From NCBI GenBank assembly GCA_964610875.1, contig CAZSWP010000054.1, positions 1 through 19,235 on the forward strand: a stretch of 19,235 bases of DNA, given 5' to 3'. A model generated the notes under the pieces. That model saw only the letters and a list, made by a program, of their open reading frames with translations, searched no databases and was not told where the DNA came from. Each line of letters begins with the position of its first letter. Within the stretch, counting starts at the first letter, position 1. The translations under genes and the position numbers were made by a program. The stretch comes from an uncultured archaeon (GTDB taxonomy: Archaea; Asgardarchaeota; Thorarchaeia; Thorarchaeales; Thorarchaeaceae). Positions 1 to 7,830 of the stretch are shown here, in pieces.

Positions 1-2
1 GT

Positions 3-95
3 TTCCATGAGTCTGATGAACACGCACAGCTGTCCTTTAGTAGACTGTGGGAACGAGTGGACAAGACGAAGTGTCCAGTAATGGGGGTTAGATAG
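3..95 (+). CDS. 3' end of a hypothetical gene entering from outside the window (...FHESDEHAQLSFSRLWERVDKTKCPVMGVR*)
   Basis: Open frame from the window edge to TAG at 93-95, 2 nt before the next ATG. Its GGGGGT tail could serve as the RBS of the next gene. Confidence 0.5.
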   Translation, partial: FHESDEHAQLSFSRLWERVDKTKCPVMGVR

Positions 96-97
96 AA

Positions 98-844
98 ATG
101 CCTCACTTTGGCGTTGCTGAGGGTTCTCTCACTCGTTGTCCAAAGTGTGGGGCAATCGCAAAGGACACGATAGAGAACAGCATCTTAGGCGGTCAGTTTG
201 AAGTTACTGACGGTGATTATGTCCATATGACACTGAAATGCCTGAGCTGTGGGCATGTCTTTAGTGACGATTCCACACAGCATGAGAAGAGCTTTCAACT
301 GCCTCTCTTCATCACTGAACAAGAAGTTTGTGAGGCCTTCAGGATGGAGATTCCTCTCTCGGACTATGAGATGTATGTTATAGTAGACAAGGTTCGGGAG
401 ATAGTGAAGGGCGTTGGCTGGGAGAGACAACTGGCTCTCATCACACAGGAAGTCCTCAAGGGACAGTTAGAGTGTCCGAGATGTGACACGAAGGGCGATA
501 ATTACGAGGTCAGAGGGAACATTGTTGGGCGACAGTTCCTCATCAATAGTGCTGGGCATAAACGACTCGGCCTGACCTGTCTGAGCTGTGGATATGACAG
601 GATTCAGATATGCGAGCATGAGGTGTGTAAGGTTTCCAAGGAAGAAGAACTCTTCACCTGTAGCCAATGCGGTAAGACACGTTCTCGACACTACTTCAGT
701 AGGAAACCATATCCTGATGATGTGAGCGGTGAGAAAACCTGTGTGGACTGTATAAGATGCTACATTACAAATAATAGCAGACAAAGTAAAACCAGCCTCA
801 GCAGAAGATGCCTCTCATGCACTTTTTGCTCTGAGTCGTCTTGA
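98..844 (+). CDS. Hypothetical multi-zinc-ribbon protein with an internal duplication; the last ~27 aa may be run-on past a junction
   Basis: CxxC pairs CPKC/CLSC, CPRC/CLSC, CSQC/CVDC. Two homologous ~45-aa units (CPxC...IxGxQF...LxCLSCG). Confidence 0.7.
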   Translation: MPHFGVAEGSLTRCPKCGAIAKDTIENSILGGQFEVTDGDYVHMTLKCLSCGHVFSDDSTQHEKSFQLPLFITEQEVCEAFRMEIPLSDYEMYVIVDKVREIVKGVGWERQLALITQEVLKGQLECPRCDTKGDNYEVRGNIVGRQFLINSAGHKRLGLTCLSCGYDRIQICEHEVCKVSKEEELFTCSQCGKTRSRHYFSRKPYPDDVSGEKTCVDCIRCYITNNSRQSKTSLSRRCLSCTFCSESS

Positions 845-1070
845 TGAACAAATACTCACTGTAGATGCATCACTAAGAGGAATTATGGAGTGTATGAAGG
901 ACCCAAACCATCCAGAGTTGACTTTATACTCTATGCTTGTCCTGAAAGGAATGAATGACTCAAGGATAAAAGAAGCTATACGTGAAGTCAAGAATGACCT
1001 TCGATACTGGATACAACGAAGAATGGCTGAAATGGTAAGTGGTCTCACATTGCAGGACTTGTTATCATGA
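756..1070 (+). pseudogene. Headless (5'-truncated) HEAT/alpha-solenoid-like reading frame, 104 codons. The 885-1070 ORF is its in-frame tail.
   Basis: Frame is open from TAA(753-755) to TGA(1068-1070) with no ATG/GTG/TTG start before 885. Amphipathic helical pattern ASHALFALSRL...IMECMKDPNHPEL...LVLKGMNDSRIKEAIREVKNDLRYWIQRRMAEMV. Confidence 0.45.
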
Positions 1071-1211
1071 ATTATGCTATGAATGCTATGAGAATATCCA
1101 TGCATCACTAAGGCGCAACTCACTGTACGTAAATTGCTTAGTACCTATGATAACACTCATTAACGGCTTGGAGAAAATTCATCTTGAGTTAATACCCAAG
1201 AGGGCTTTGCC

Positions 1212-2438
1212 ATGGCTACCAATAATAGAAGAACTATCACCCCTCCAAGAGTAACAATTCCCATTGGGCCACAGCATCCTGCATTAAAAGAGCCAGGGAT
1301 GTTTAAACTTACCCTTGAAGGAGAACTCATCGTAGATGCCTACGTTAACATTGGATACAATCACCGCTCCATTGAGAAGCTGGCGGAGACTAACACCCAC
1401 TTACAGAACCTGTATCTACTAGCACGAATCTGTGGCATCTGTTCTGCCACACATAATGGCAACTATGCACAGGCCGTAGAGTTCGCAGCTGAAGTAGAGA
1501 TTCCTGAGCGTGCAAGATTCCTCCGTACATTGGTCTGGGAACTTGAGCGAATCCATTCACATATTCTATGGCTTGGTGTTGCTTTTCACGAAGTCGGGTT
1601 TGATACTGCTTTCATGTACTCATGGAGAGACCGGGAAATCGTCATGGACATCCTCGAAGACATCTCTGGGAACAGGGTCAATTATGATTACAATACTATT
1701 GGTGGTGTTAGAAGAGACATCACTCCTGAGTTGATTGATAGCGTAATGAAACGTCTTGACAAACTTGAAGAGAGGATGATCTACTATCGCGATGTTGCAA
1801 TCTATGAAAAGACGTTCTGGAATAGAATCGATGGTGTTGGAATCCTTGAAAATGATATTGCAAAGAAGACTGGTGCCGTTGGTCCTACCGCACGAGGTAG
1901 CAACGTTCCCGTTGATGTCCGGTTCAACGATCCTACACAAGCGTATGTTGACATCGTAGAATCTGGTGAGTTCGAAATAGTCCTCTCTGATAGAAATGAC
2001 GTGGCAGGAAGAGCTGTCGTACGAGTTGTTGAAACCATAGAATCAATCAAGATGTGCAGATGGCTCTTACAGAACCTCCCAGAAGGCCCAATCCGAGAGC
2101 GAGTACGTCCAAGAATTCAACCAAATGAGGTGCTTGCAAGATATGAAGCACCACGTGGTGAAGTAATCCACTTTTTGGTGACAGATGGTTCACAGAATCC
2201 TGAGCGAATCAAGATTCGCGCTCCTACTCACGCAAACTGGGTGAGCATGCCTCACTGTCTGAGAGGTAATTATCTTGCAGATGCACCAATCATCCTGGCT
2301 GCAATCGATCCCTGTTTCAGCTGCACAGACAGAATGGTGCTAGTTGATGCTAAGGATGAATCAATGGAGCTTGTCACTTCTGATGAGCTCAGAACACGCG
2401 CCAACAAATGGCATGAGGTCAACCCACGAAGATTCTAG
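1212..2438 (+). CDS. mbhL: Group 4 (Mbh-type) membrane-bound [NiFe]-hydrogenase large catalytic subunit
   Basis: N-terminal GPQHP..EP, L1 motif RICGICSATH, ELERIHSH, EAPRGE, L2 motif DPCFSCTDR followed by a 34-aa C-terminal extension typical of protease-matured subunits. Confidence 0.92.
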   Translation: MATNNRRTITPPRVTIPIGPQHPALKEPGMFKLTLEGELIVDAYVNIGYNHRSIEKLAETNTHLQNLYLLARICGICSATHNGNYAQAVEFAAEVEIPERARFLRTLVWELERIHSHILWLGVAFHEVGFDTAFMYSWRDREIVMDILEDISGNRVNYDYNTIGGVRRDITPELIDSVMKRLDKLEERMIYYRDVAIYEKTFWNRIDGVGILENDIAKKTGAVGPTARGSNVPVDVRFNDPTQAYVDIVESGEFEIVLSDRNDVAGRAVVRVVETIESIKMCRWLLQNLPEGPIRERVRPRIQPNEVLARYEAPRGEVIHFLVTDGSQNPERIKIRAPTHANWVSMPHCLRGNYLADAPIILAAIDPCFSCTDRMVLVDAKDESMELVTSDELRTRANKWHEVNPRRF

Positions 2439-2450
2439 GGGGAATAATAG

Positions 2451-3542
2451 ATGCAGACCATCTTTGATTCGATTTTTAGCGTCTTTATCCAAGGACTTTA
2501 CGTTCTCATATTTCCTGGAATCTTTTTCATTACCTTTCTAGCACTATTTTGGGAATGGATTGACAGAAAGGTCTATGCACGGCTTCAGAATCGAATGGGG
2601 CCATTACATACCGGGTGGCGTGGCATCCTGCAGCCCTTGATGGACTTCTTAAAGCTGCTTGGTAAAGAAGATCTGACCCCCAGGAAGGCTAACAAAAGGG
2701 GATTTGCAGCTGTTCCAGTTGCAATGTTCGTTCTGAGTATAGTACTCTGTATGTTTCTACCCATTGTTGATATGGATGCTTCAACGCTTGGTGTCCAAGG
2801 GATTTTGAGCTTTGAAGGTGACTTGATTCTTATTCTATTCCTCACGACACTAATGGCAGTGTTAATTATTCTTGCAGGCTATTTCTCATCCAATCCATTT
2901 GGTCAGACCGGGGCAGCAAGAACAGGAATGCTTCTCATTAGTTTTGAGATTCCTCTTATTCTTGCTCTGGTGACTCCAGCTTTCATTACGCAAAGCCTAC
3001 GACTTTCTACTGTCGTGTATAATATGACCCAGCTCAATCCGATCTTTGCTTGGTTAATGCTCATTCCATTCGCTATCTACCTCATTGCTATTCAAGCTGA
3101 ACTAGAACGAATCCCATTTGACGTGAGCCATGCGGAGACCGAGATTGTTCACGGTTGGCAGGTAGAGTTCAGTGGTAAGAAGCTCGCAGTAATTCACATG
3201 GCTGAGGACATCATGTTGGTATTCAGTGCTGGAATGGCTGTAAGTCTGTTCTTAGGTGGTCCTTATCTCTTAGAATTCATACCATTACCCTTGTTCTCTG
3301 CAGAATTCGCCACACTCGTTGCAACAACATGGCTTGGTTGGATATACTATCCACTTGTCTTTGTCTTCAAATCTGCTCTTGTAATCTTGGTTCTAGCTAA
3401 CGTGCGTACAGTATTCGCACGCTGGCGGATCGATCAGATCGTTCATGCAGGCTGGAGATACATGGTACCAATTGCAATCCTGAACATCGTTCTCGTACAG
3501 GTCGCTTTGACCTATCTCTTTCCCCTACTTGGAGTAATCTAA
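2451..3542 (+). CDS. mbhM: Complex I subunit 1 (NuoH/MbhM-like) membrane subunit of the hydrogenase
   Basis: DRKVYARLQNRMGP, LQPLMDFLKLLGKE, AELERIPFD, AETEIVHGWQVEFSG, RWRIDQ; multiple TM segments. Confidence 0.92.
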   Translation: MQTIFDSIFSVFIQGLYVLIFPGIFFITFLALFWEWIDRKVYARLQNRMGPLHTGWRGILQPLMDFLKLLGKEDLTPRKANKRGFAAVPVAMFVLSIVLCMFLPIVDMDASTLGVQGILSFEGDLILILFLTTLMAVLIILAGYFSSNPFGQTGAARTGMLLISFEIPLILALVTPAFITQSLRLSTVVYNMTQLNPIFAWLMLIPFAIYLIAIQAELERIPFDVSHAETEIVHGWQVEFSGKKLAVIHMAEDIMLVFSAGMAVSLFLGGPYLLEFIPLPLFSAEFATLVATTWLGWIYYPLVFVFKSALVILVLANVRTVFARWRIDQIVHAGWRYMVPIAILNIVLVQVALTYLFPLLGVI

Positions 3543-3543
3543 C

Positions 3544-3921
3544 ATGCCCGATATTGGACTAGGTAAGATGGAACGCGAGCTACTGAAGAGTGCTACAAAG
3601 AAACAAGCAACAGTACTCTATCCTTTTACAAAAGAAGGACTCAATATTCCCGAAGGACTCCGCGGAAAATGGGTCTACAAGAACCCTGACAACTGTACTG
3701 GCTGTAAGATCTGTGAGAGGGTCTGTCCCAGTGGGGCGATAGAGATGATTGAATGTAGACCTGATGATGTGCAAACAAAGACTGGTTTCCGTCCTATCTG
3801 TTATTTTGATAGATGTATTCTCTGTGGGCAATGTGTAGAATCATGTCCGAGAAATGTGCTTGAACTCTCTGGTGAGTTCGAAATGGCATATCTCAGTCGT
3901 GATGATATGGTCATCGAATAG
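3544..3921 (+). CDS. mbhN: 2x[4Fe-4S] NuoI/MbhN-like hydrogenase subunit
   Basis: TVLYPF...RG, CTGCKICERVCP and CILCGQCVESCP; 1-nt gap after mbhM. Confidence 0.9.
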   Translation: MPDIGLGKMERELLKSATKKQATVLYPFTKEGLNIPEGLRGKWVYKNPDNCTGCKICERVCPSGAIEMIECRPDDVQTKTGFRPICYFDRCILCGQCVESCPRNVLELSGEFEMAYLSRDDMVIE

Positions 3922-3928
3922 GATCTTC

Positions 3929-3953
3929 AGAGCACTGAGAAAGATGGTGCTCT
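3929..3953. terminator. Stem-loop between the convergent mbhN and kor-gamma genes (possible terminator or 3' stabiliser)
   Basis: AGAGCAC(3929-3935)/GTGCTCT(3947-3953) inverted repeat starting 7 nt after the mbhN stop. Confidence 0.35.
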
Positions 3954-4027
3954 ACACCTCCTGTCTTCCAAGTCAATGAACATTAGGATTTACCGATGTG
4001 AAAATGCAATACGTTCACTGGATGCAA

Positions 4028-4585
4028 TCATACCGCAGCTGCTTTTGCAGCTTTACCAGCCTCAATACCAAGTTCTAATGCTTTGAAGTTGGTCTCGACG
4101 AATCGCGGCCATCGGTCCTTGATTGCTTGTTGTAGACCTTCTAATGATACAATGCCTGTGATTGCAGCTAGAGCTCCGAGCATCACAACATTTGTGGACT
4201 GCTTCGTGCCCACATCCTGATCTGCAATTCTTGTTGCTGGTACCTTATAGACGGTGACCCCTTTTGGAAGGTCTCCTTCAATCTCAACAAGGTCTTCATC
4301 AATGATGAGTGTACCATTCTCTTTGAGTCCTTCAATATACTCCAGATAGGCAGCTCTACTCATGGCAATGAAAACATCTGGTGCTTGTACTTTTGGATAG
4401 TCGACCTCTTCGTCATCCACCACAATCTCGCTCTTGCTCGCTCCTCCACGAGCCTCGGGACCGTAGCTCTGGGTCTGAACACACTGCCTCTTCTCAACTA
4501 GTGACAGGGTCTCTCCAAGAACAACTGCCATAGTGACTATTCCTTGTCCTCCAAATCCCCCAATACGAATCTCAGTACGTGCCAT
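4028..4585 (-). CDS. korC: 2-oxoacid:ferredoxin oxidoreductase gamma subunit
   Basis: EIRIGGFGGQG, TQSYGPEARGG, NVVMLGAL. Confidence 0.93.
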   Translation of the reverse strand: MARTEIRIGGFGGQGIVTMAVVLGETLSLVEKRQCVQTQSYGPEARGGASKSEIVVDDEEVDYPKVQAPDVFIAMSRAAYLEYIEGLKENGTLIIDEDLVEIEGDLPKGVTVYKVPATRIADQDVGTKQSTNVVMLGALAAITGIVSLEGLQQAIKDRWPRFVETNFKALELGIEAGKAAKAAAV

Positions 4586-4589
4586 GTCC

Positions 4590-5432
4590 TCACATCCTGA
4601 CTTTGGAATGAGCTTCTTTGAGCACTGCTGTGTACTCGGGCTTTTCTATGTCTACAAACTCTCCGCAGACAATATGGGTATCATAGTCAAGTTCAGCTTC
4701 ATGAGGTGGTAACCCATTCTTGATCTCAGCAACTTCCAGGAGGTGTTTATGCATATCAAGCCCTGCACCAAGGCGGTTCATCCTTCCAAAAGCGGTTGGA
4801 CAGGCTCCGACAATCTCTACGAATGAGAACCCTTCCTTCGCAATACCCTTCTCAATGGACTTTGTCGCACGTCGTGCCTGTACAGCTGTCCATCGTGCCA
4901 CGAAGGTTGCACCTGAAGAGGCTGCTAGCTTGACGAGGTTGAAGGGATGCTCAATGTTGCCAATCGGCCGTGGACTGGTCTGTGAGAATCGCTCATGTTC
5001 AGTAGTGGGACCGAACTGACCGCCCGTCATGCCATAATTGAAATTATTAATGCATACAACTGTCATGTCGATGTTACGTCGGCATGCATGAATGAGATGG
5101 TTCCCACCAATTGCAGCGATGTCTCCGTCCCCCGAGATGACAACCACCTCTAGTTCTGGATTGGCGATCTTCACACCCTCTGCGAAGGCAATTGCACGCC
5201 CGTGAGTAGTATGGTAGGTTCCAGTCTTGAAGTATCCTGATGTTCTGCCAGTGCAGCCGATTCCAGATACTACGACTACCTTGTTAAAATCAAGTCCCAG
5301 ATTGTCAATGGCTCGTGCTACCATGTTCGTGACGATGCCAATTGAACAACCGGGGCAATATATCCATGGCTGTCTATCTTCTCTGATGTATTTCGCCATT
5401 GGATGTTTGAGGACGGGTACAGACTCTGTCAT
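4590..5432 (-). CDS. korB: 2-oxoacid:ferredoxin oxidoreductase beta subunit (TPP-binding)
   Basis: CPGC, SGIGC, HTTHGRA, GDGD...NN TPP motif, YGMTGGQ; RBS GAGGTG. Confidence 0.94.
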   Translation of the reverse strand: MTESVPVLKHPMAKYIREDRQPWIYCPGCSIGIVTNMVARAIDNLGLDFNKVVVVSGIGCTGRTSGYFKTGTYHTTHGRAIAFAEGVKIANPELEVVVISGDGDIAAIGGNHLIHACRRNIDMTVVCINNFNYGMTGGQFGPTTEHERFSQTSPRPIGNIEHPFNLVKLAASSGATFVARWTAVQARRATKSIEKGIAKEGFSFVEIVGACPTAFGRMNRLGAGLDMHKHLLEVAEIKNGLPPHEAELDYDTHIVCGEFVDIEKPEYTAVLKEAHSKVRM

Positions 5433-5470
5433 CTACACACCTCTTTGGTGAGGTCATGCGGTTCTGCAAG

Positions 5471-5484
5471 TTATCAAGATAAAA
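5471..5484 (-). promoter_or_regulatory. Putative internal promoter for korB-korC: TTTTAT TATA box overlapped by palindrome TTATC-N2-GATAA
   Basis: Lies in a 187-nt korA-korB spacer, about 50 nt upstream of the korB ATG. Confidence 0.45.
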
Positions 5485-5619
5485 GGCTTGTTGATGTGGC
5501 TAGGCTGAAGTTCGACACCGCAAGTGGAGGGGACAGGAATACGGAATACGGCATTAACATAGTTAATTGAAATTATTGATGAACGTCAGATTCCCAAATG
5601 TCACAAGACACTAAGCAAT

Positions 5620-6759
5620 CTATTTGATCTCATTGACTTCTCTGATCTTGTCGAGAATCTCATGTGGAAGCTGTGGCATACCCGCGGGTTTTGTCATTGA
5701 ATGTACTGGTGTCGTACCTGCCTCAGGCTTGACCATATAGTAGACCTGTCCGAGGTTCTGCTCAGGAACAATCAGGTGCTTTACCTGTCCTGCGAGGTCT
5801 GCGACTGCGTCTGCTGGGAATGGCCAGACTGTCTTTAGACGAAGCATACCCGCCTTAATGCCTTCTGCACGTGCATCCTTGATTGCTTTCTTTGCACTAC
5901 GAGAGGGAGTACCATATGCTATGACCCCAATCTCTGCATCATCGAGCATGAAACGCTCCAGGTCAATGATTTTGTCAGCATTCTTCAGAATCTTATCATT
6001 AAGCCGTGTGATCAACTCTATCTGGATATGTTCCTTGTCACTGGGATACCCGCGCTCATCATGAGTGAGTCCGGTGGCATAGAATTGATACTTACTTCCG
6101 AGAAGCGCCATTGGTGGCACAAGGTCATCATCTGCTTTGAACGGTAAATAATCTTCTGGCGGTCCTGAGGGTGTCTTTCTGTACTCTAGTTTCAAGTCCT
6201 TCTCATCTGGAATCACAAGCCTCTCACGCATATGTCCTACAGTTTCATCAGCAAGGATGAAGACTGGTGTCCGGTATCGTTCGGCCAAGTTGAATGCCTG
6301 AACTGTCTGGTCAAACATCTCTTGTACTGATGCTGGTGTGAGTGCAATAATCTGATAGTCTCCATGACTGCCCCATTTTGCCTGCATGATGTCTCCCTGC
6401 TGCCCTCTTGTAGGCTGTCCTGTACTTGGACCACCTCTCATGATGTTTACGAGAACAAGGGGGGTTTCAGTCATGACTGCCAGACCAACTGCTTCTAACA
6501 TCAGGCTAACACCGGGCCCAGATGTTGCGGTCATTGACTTGGTACCGGTCCATGATGCACCAATGACAGAGGTGATACTTGCTATCTCGTCTTCGTACTG
6601 CACATATGCTCCGCCTAGTTCTGGCATCCGTATGGACATCCATTCAGCTATCTCAGTAGCTGGCGTAATAGGATAACCTCCAAAATAGCGACAACCTGCG
6701 CTGAGAGCTCCTTCGGCGCATGCAATATCGCCCATTGTGAACATGACATGTTCTGGCAA
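5620..6759 (-). CDS. korA: 2-oxoacid:ferredoxin oxidoreductase alpha subunit (start re-assigned to TTG at 6759, 379 aa)
   Basis: GYPITP, EDE, TATSGPG, RGGPSTG. GAGGAGGA RBS in the korD tail precedes TTG, 4 nt after the korD stop. Confidence 0.93.
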   Translation of the reverse strand: MPEHVMFTMGDIACAEGALSAGCRYFGGYPITPATEIAEWMSIRMPELGGAYVQYEDEIASITSVIGASWTGTKSMTATSGPGVSLMLEAVGLAVMTETPLVLVNIMRGGPSTGQPTRGQQGDIMQAKWGSHGDYQIIALTPASVQEMFDQTVQAFNLAERYRTPVFILADETVGHMRERLVIPDEKDLKLEYRKTPSGPPEDYLPFKADDDLVPPMALLGSKYQFYATGLTHDERGYPSDKEHIQIELITRLNDKILKNADKIIDLERFMLDDAEIGVIAYGTPSRSAKKAIKDARAEGIKAGMLRLKTVWPFPADAVADLAGQVKHLIVPEQNLGQVYYMVKPEAGTTPVHSMTKPAGMPQLPHEILDKIREVNEIK

Positions 6760-6763
6760 TTGA

Positions 6764-7123
6764 CTATTCCTCCTCTTCTTTCTCTTCCTCGACACCATCT
6801 CCCATGAACTCGGGGATGAGTGTACCTTCTTCCATTGCTCCGTCTTTGTAGGCTTTCTCAGCCTCATCTTTGTCAGCGAGGAATATTGCCATATCAGGAC
6901 AGATTCTCTCACAGAATCCACAATTGACGCAGGCGTCAATATCGCATGTAGTTACAGGGTGGTAACCCTTTCTATTATACTTGGACATATCAAAGCACAG
7001 GACATTCTTTGGACAGAATGCTATGCAGAGTTCACACTGCTTACACTGTTCTTGAAGGATTACGAGGACTTTCTGTCTCGTTCGAGGGGGTTTTGGTGTG
7101 ATTGGCTTACGCACCGCTGACAT
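6764..7123 (-). CDS. korD: 2-oxoacid:ferredoxin oxidoreductase delta (ferredoxin) subunit with an acidic C-terminal tail
   Basis: CKQCELCIAFCP, KGYHP, CVNCGFCERICPDMAI. GGAG precedes ATG 7123 (alternative start 7138). Confidence 0.88.
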   Translation of the reverse strand: MSAVRKPITPKPPRTRQKVLVILQEQCKQCELCIAFCPKNVLCFDMSKYNRKGYHPVTTCDIDACVNCGFCERICPDMAIFLADKDEAEKAYKDGAMEEGTLIPEFMGDGVEEEKEEEE

Positions 7124-7365
7124 TGTTCTTTTCTCCATGCGTCCTGTTGGGAGCTGACACTACTCCCACGGTATTGGAGCATTACCAAGACCTCATTCTG
7201 TCTGGCTAGGTTGGCCTCATTACCTCACCTATTTTAGCCTTCCCGTGAAGGACCTATTTCAAAATACTGTCCATGAATGATTTATTACAGTCACTACCAT
7301 TGACGAACAGAGTTAAAGGCAAGTGGTGTCTCTCTGTTGTATCGCGAGTCGGAGGTGCAGAGGTC

Positions 7366-7830
7366 TTGGTTGATGACAGACCGTCAGAAGAAGAATTAGC
7401 GAAAGACCTCAAAGGAAAGACCTTGCGTGTATATTGGTACATGCTACGTCACCCTGAACCAATGACTGCGAGAGAGATTCAAAGAGGAGCAGACCTTTCA
7501 AGTCCCTCCCTTTCAATGCATCATCTTGAGAAACTAAAGAATATGGGTCTGGTGGACAAGGATGTACATGGGCAATACACTGTGGCACGAGATGTAAGAG
7601 TCGGCGTTTTGAAAATGTTTGTTGGAAGAGGACGATTACTTGTCCCAAGATTCCTTTTCTATGCGACTTTCTACACATCTGTTGCAGCATCCATTACCGT
7701 GATGCTAGTAGCATTCTTTTCCTGGTCCGCATTAGTACTGCTTCTCTTGGTCTACTCTATTTGCATAATAATGTGGTATGAATCATTGAGAATATGGAGG
7801 CAACAACCATTCCCCGAGAACGACGAATGA
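7366..7830 (+). CDS. Membrane-anchored winged-HTH (ArsR-like) transcriptional regulator (start re-assigned to TTG 7366)
   Basis: LKGKTLRVYWYML...AREIQRGADLSSPSLSMHHLEKLKNMGLV...GQY wHTH, then two hydrophobic helices. GGAGGTG at 7351-7357. Confidence 0.8.
   Translation: MVDDRPSEEELAKDLKGKTLRVYWYMLRHPEPMTAREIQRGADLSSPSLSMHHLEKLKNMGLVDKDVHGQYTVARDVRVGVLKMFVGRGRLLVPRFLFYATFYTSVAASITVMLVAFFSWSALVLLLLVYSICIIMWYESLRIWRQQPFPENDE

Noticed and set aside
815-1254. ORFs 815-1123 (-) and 1039-1254 (+, CRTC..CYEC)
   Set aside because: They overlap better-supported frames; the Cys pairs derive from short TGCTATGA-type repeats.
1212-2438. Annotation as NADH dehydrogenase NuoD or Mbx/Mbs
   Set aside because: Both CxxC Ni-binding motifs and the maturation tail are intact.
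6760-6939. 60-aa N-terminal extension of KorA in the ORF track
   Set aside because: Overlaps korD in another frame; an RBS-supported TTG at 6759 gives a normal-length alpha subunit.
7273-7365. Longer N-terminus of the wHTH regulator; likewise upstream starts at 7794, 10320 and 11520
   Set aside because: Better RBS- or domain-supported starts lie downstream, and the extensions overlap promoter regions or neighbouring genes.
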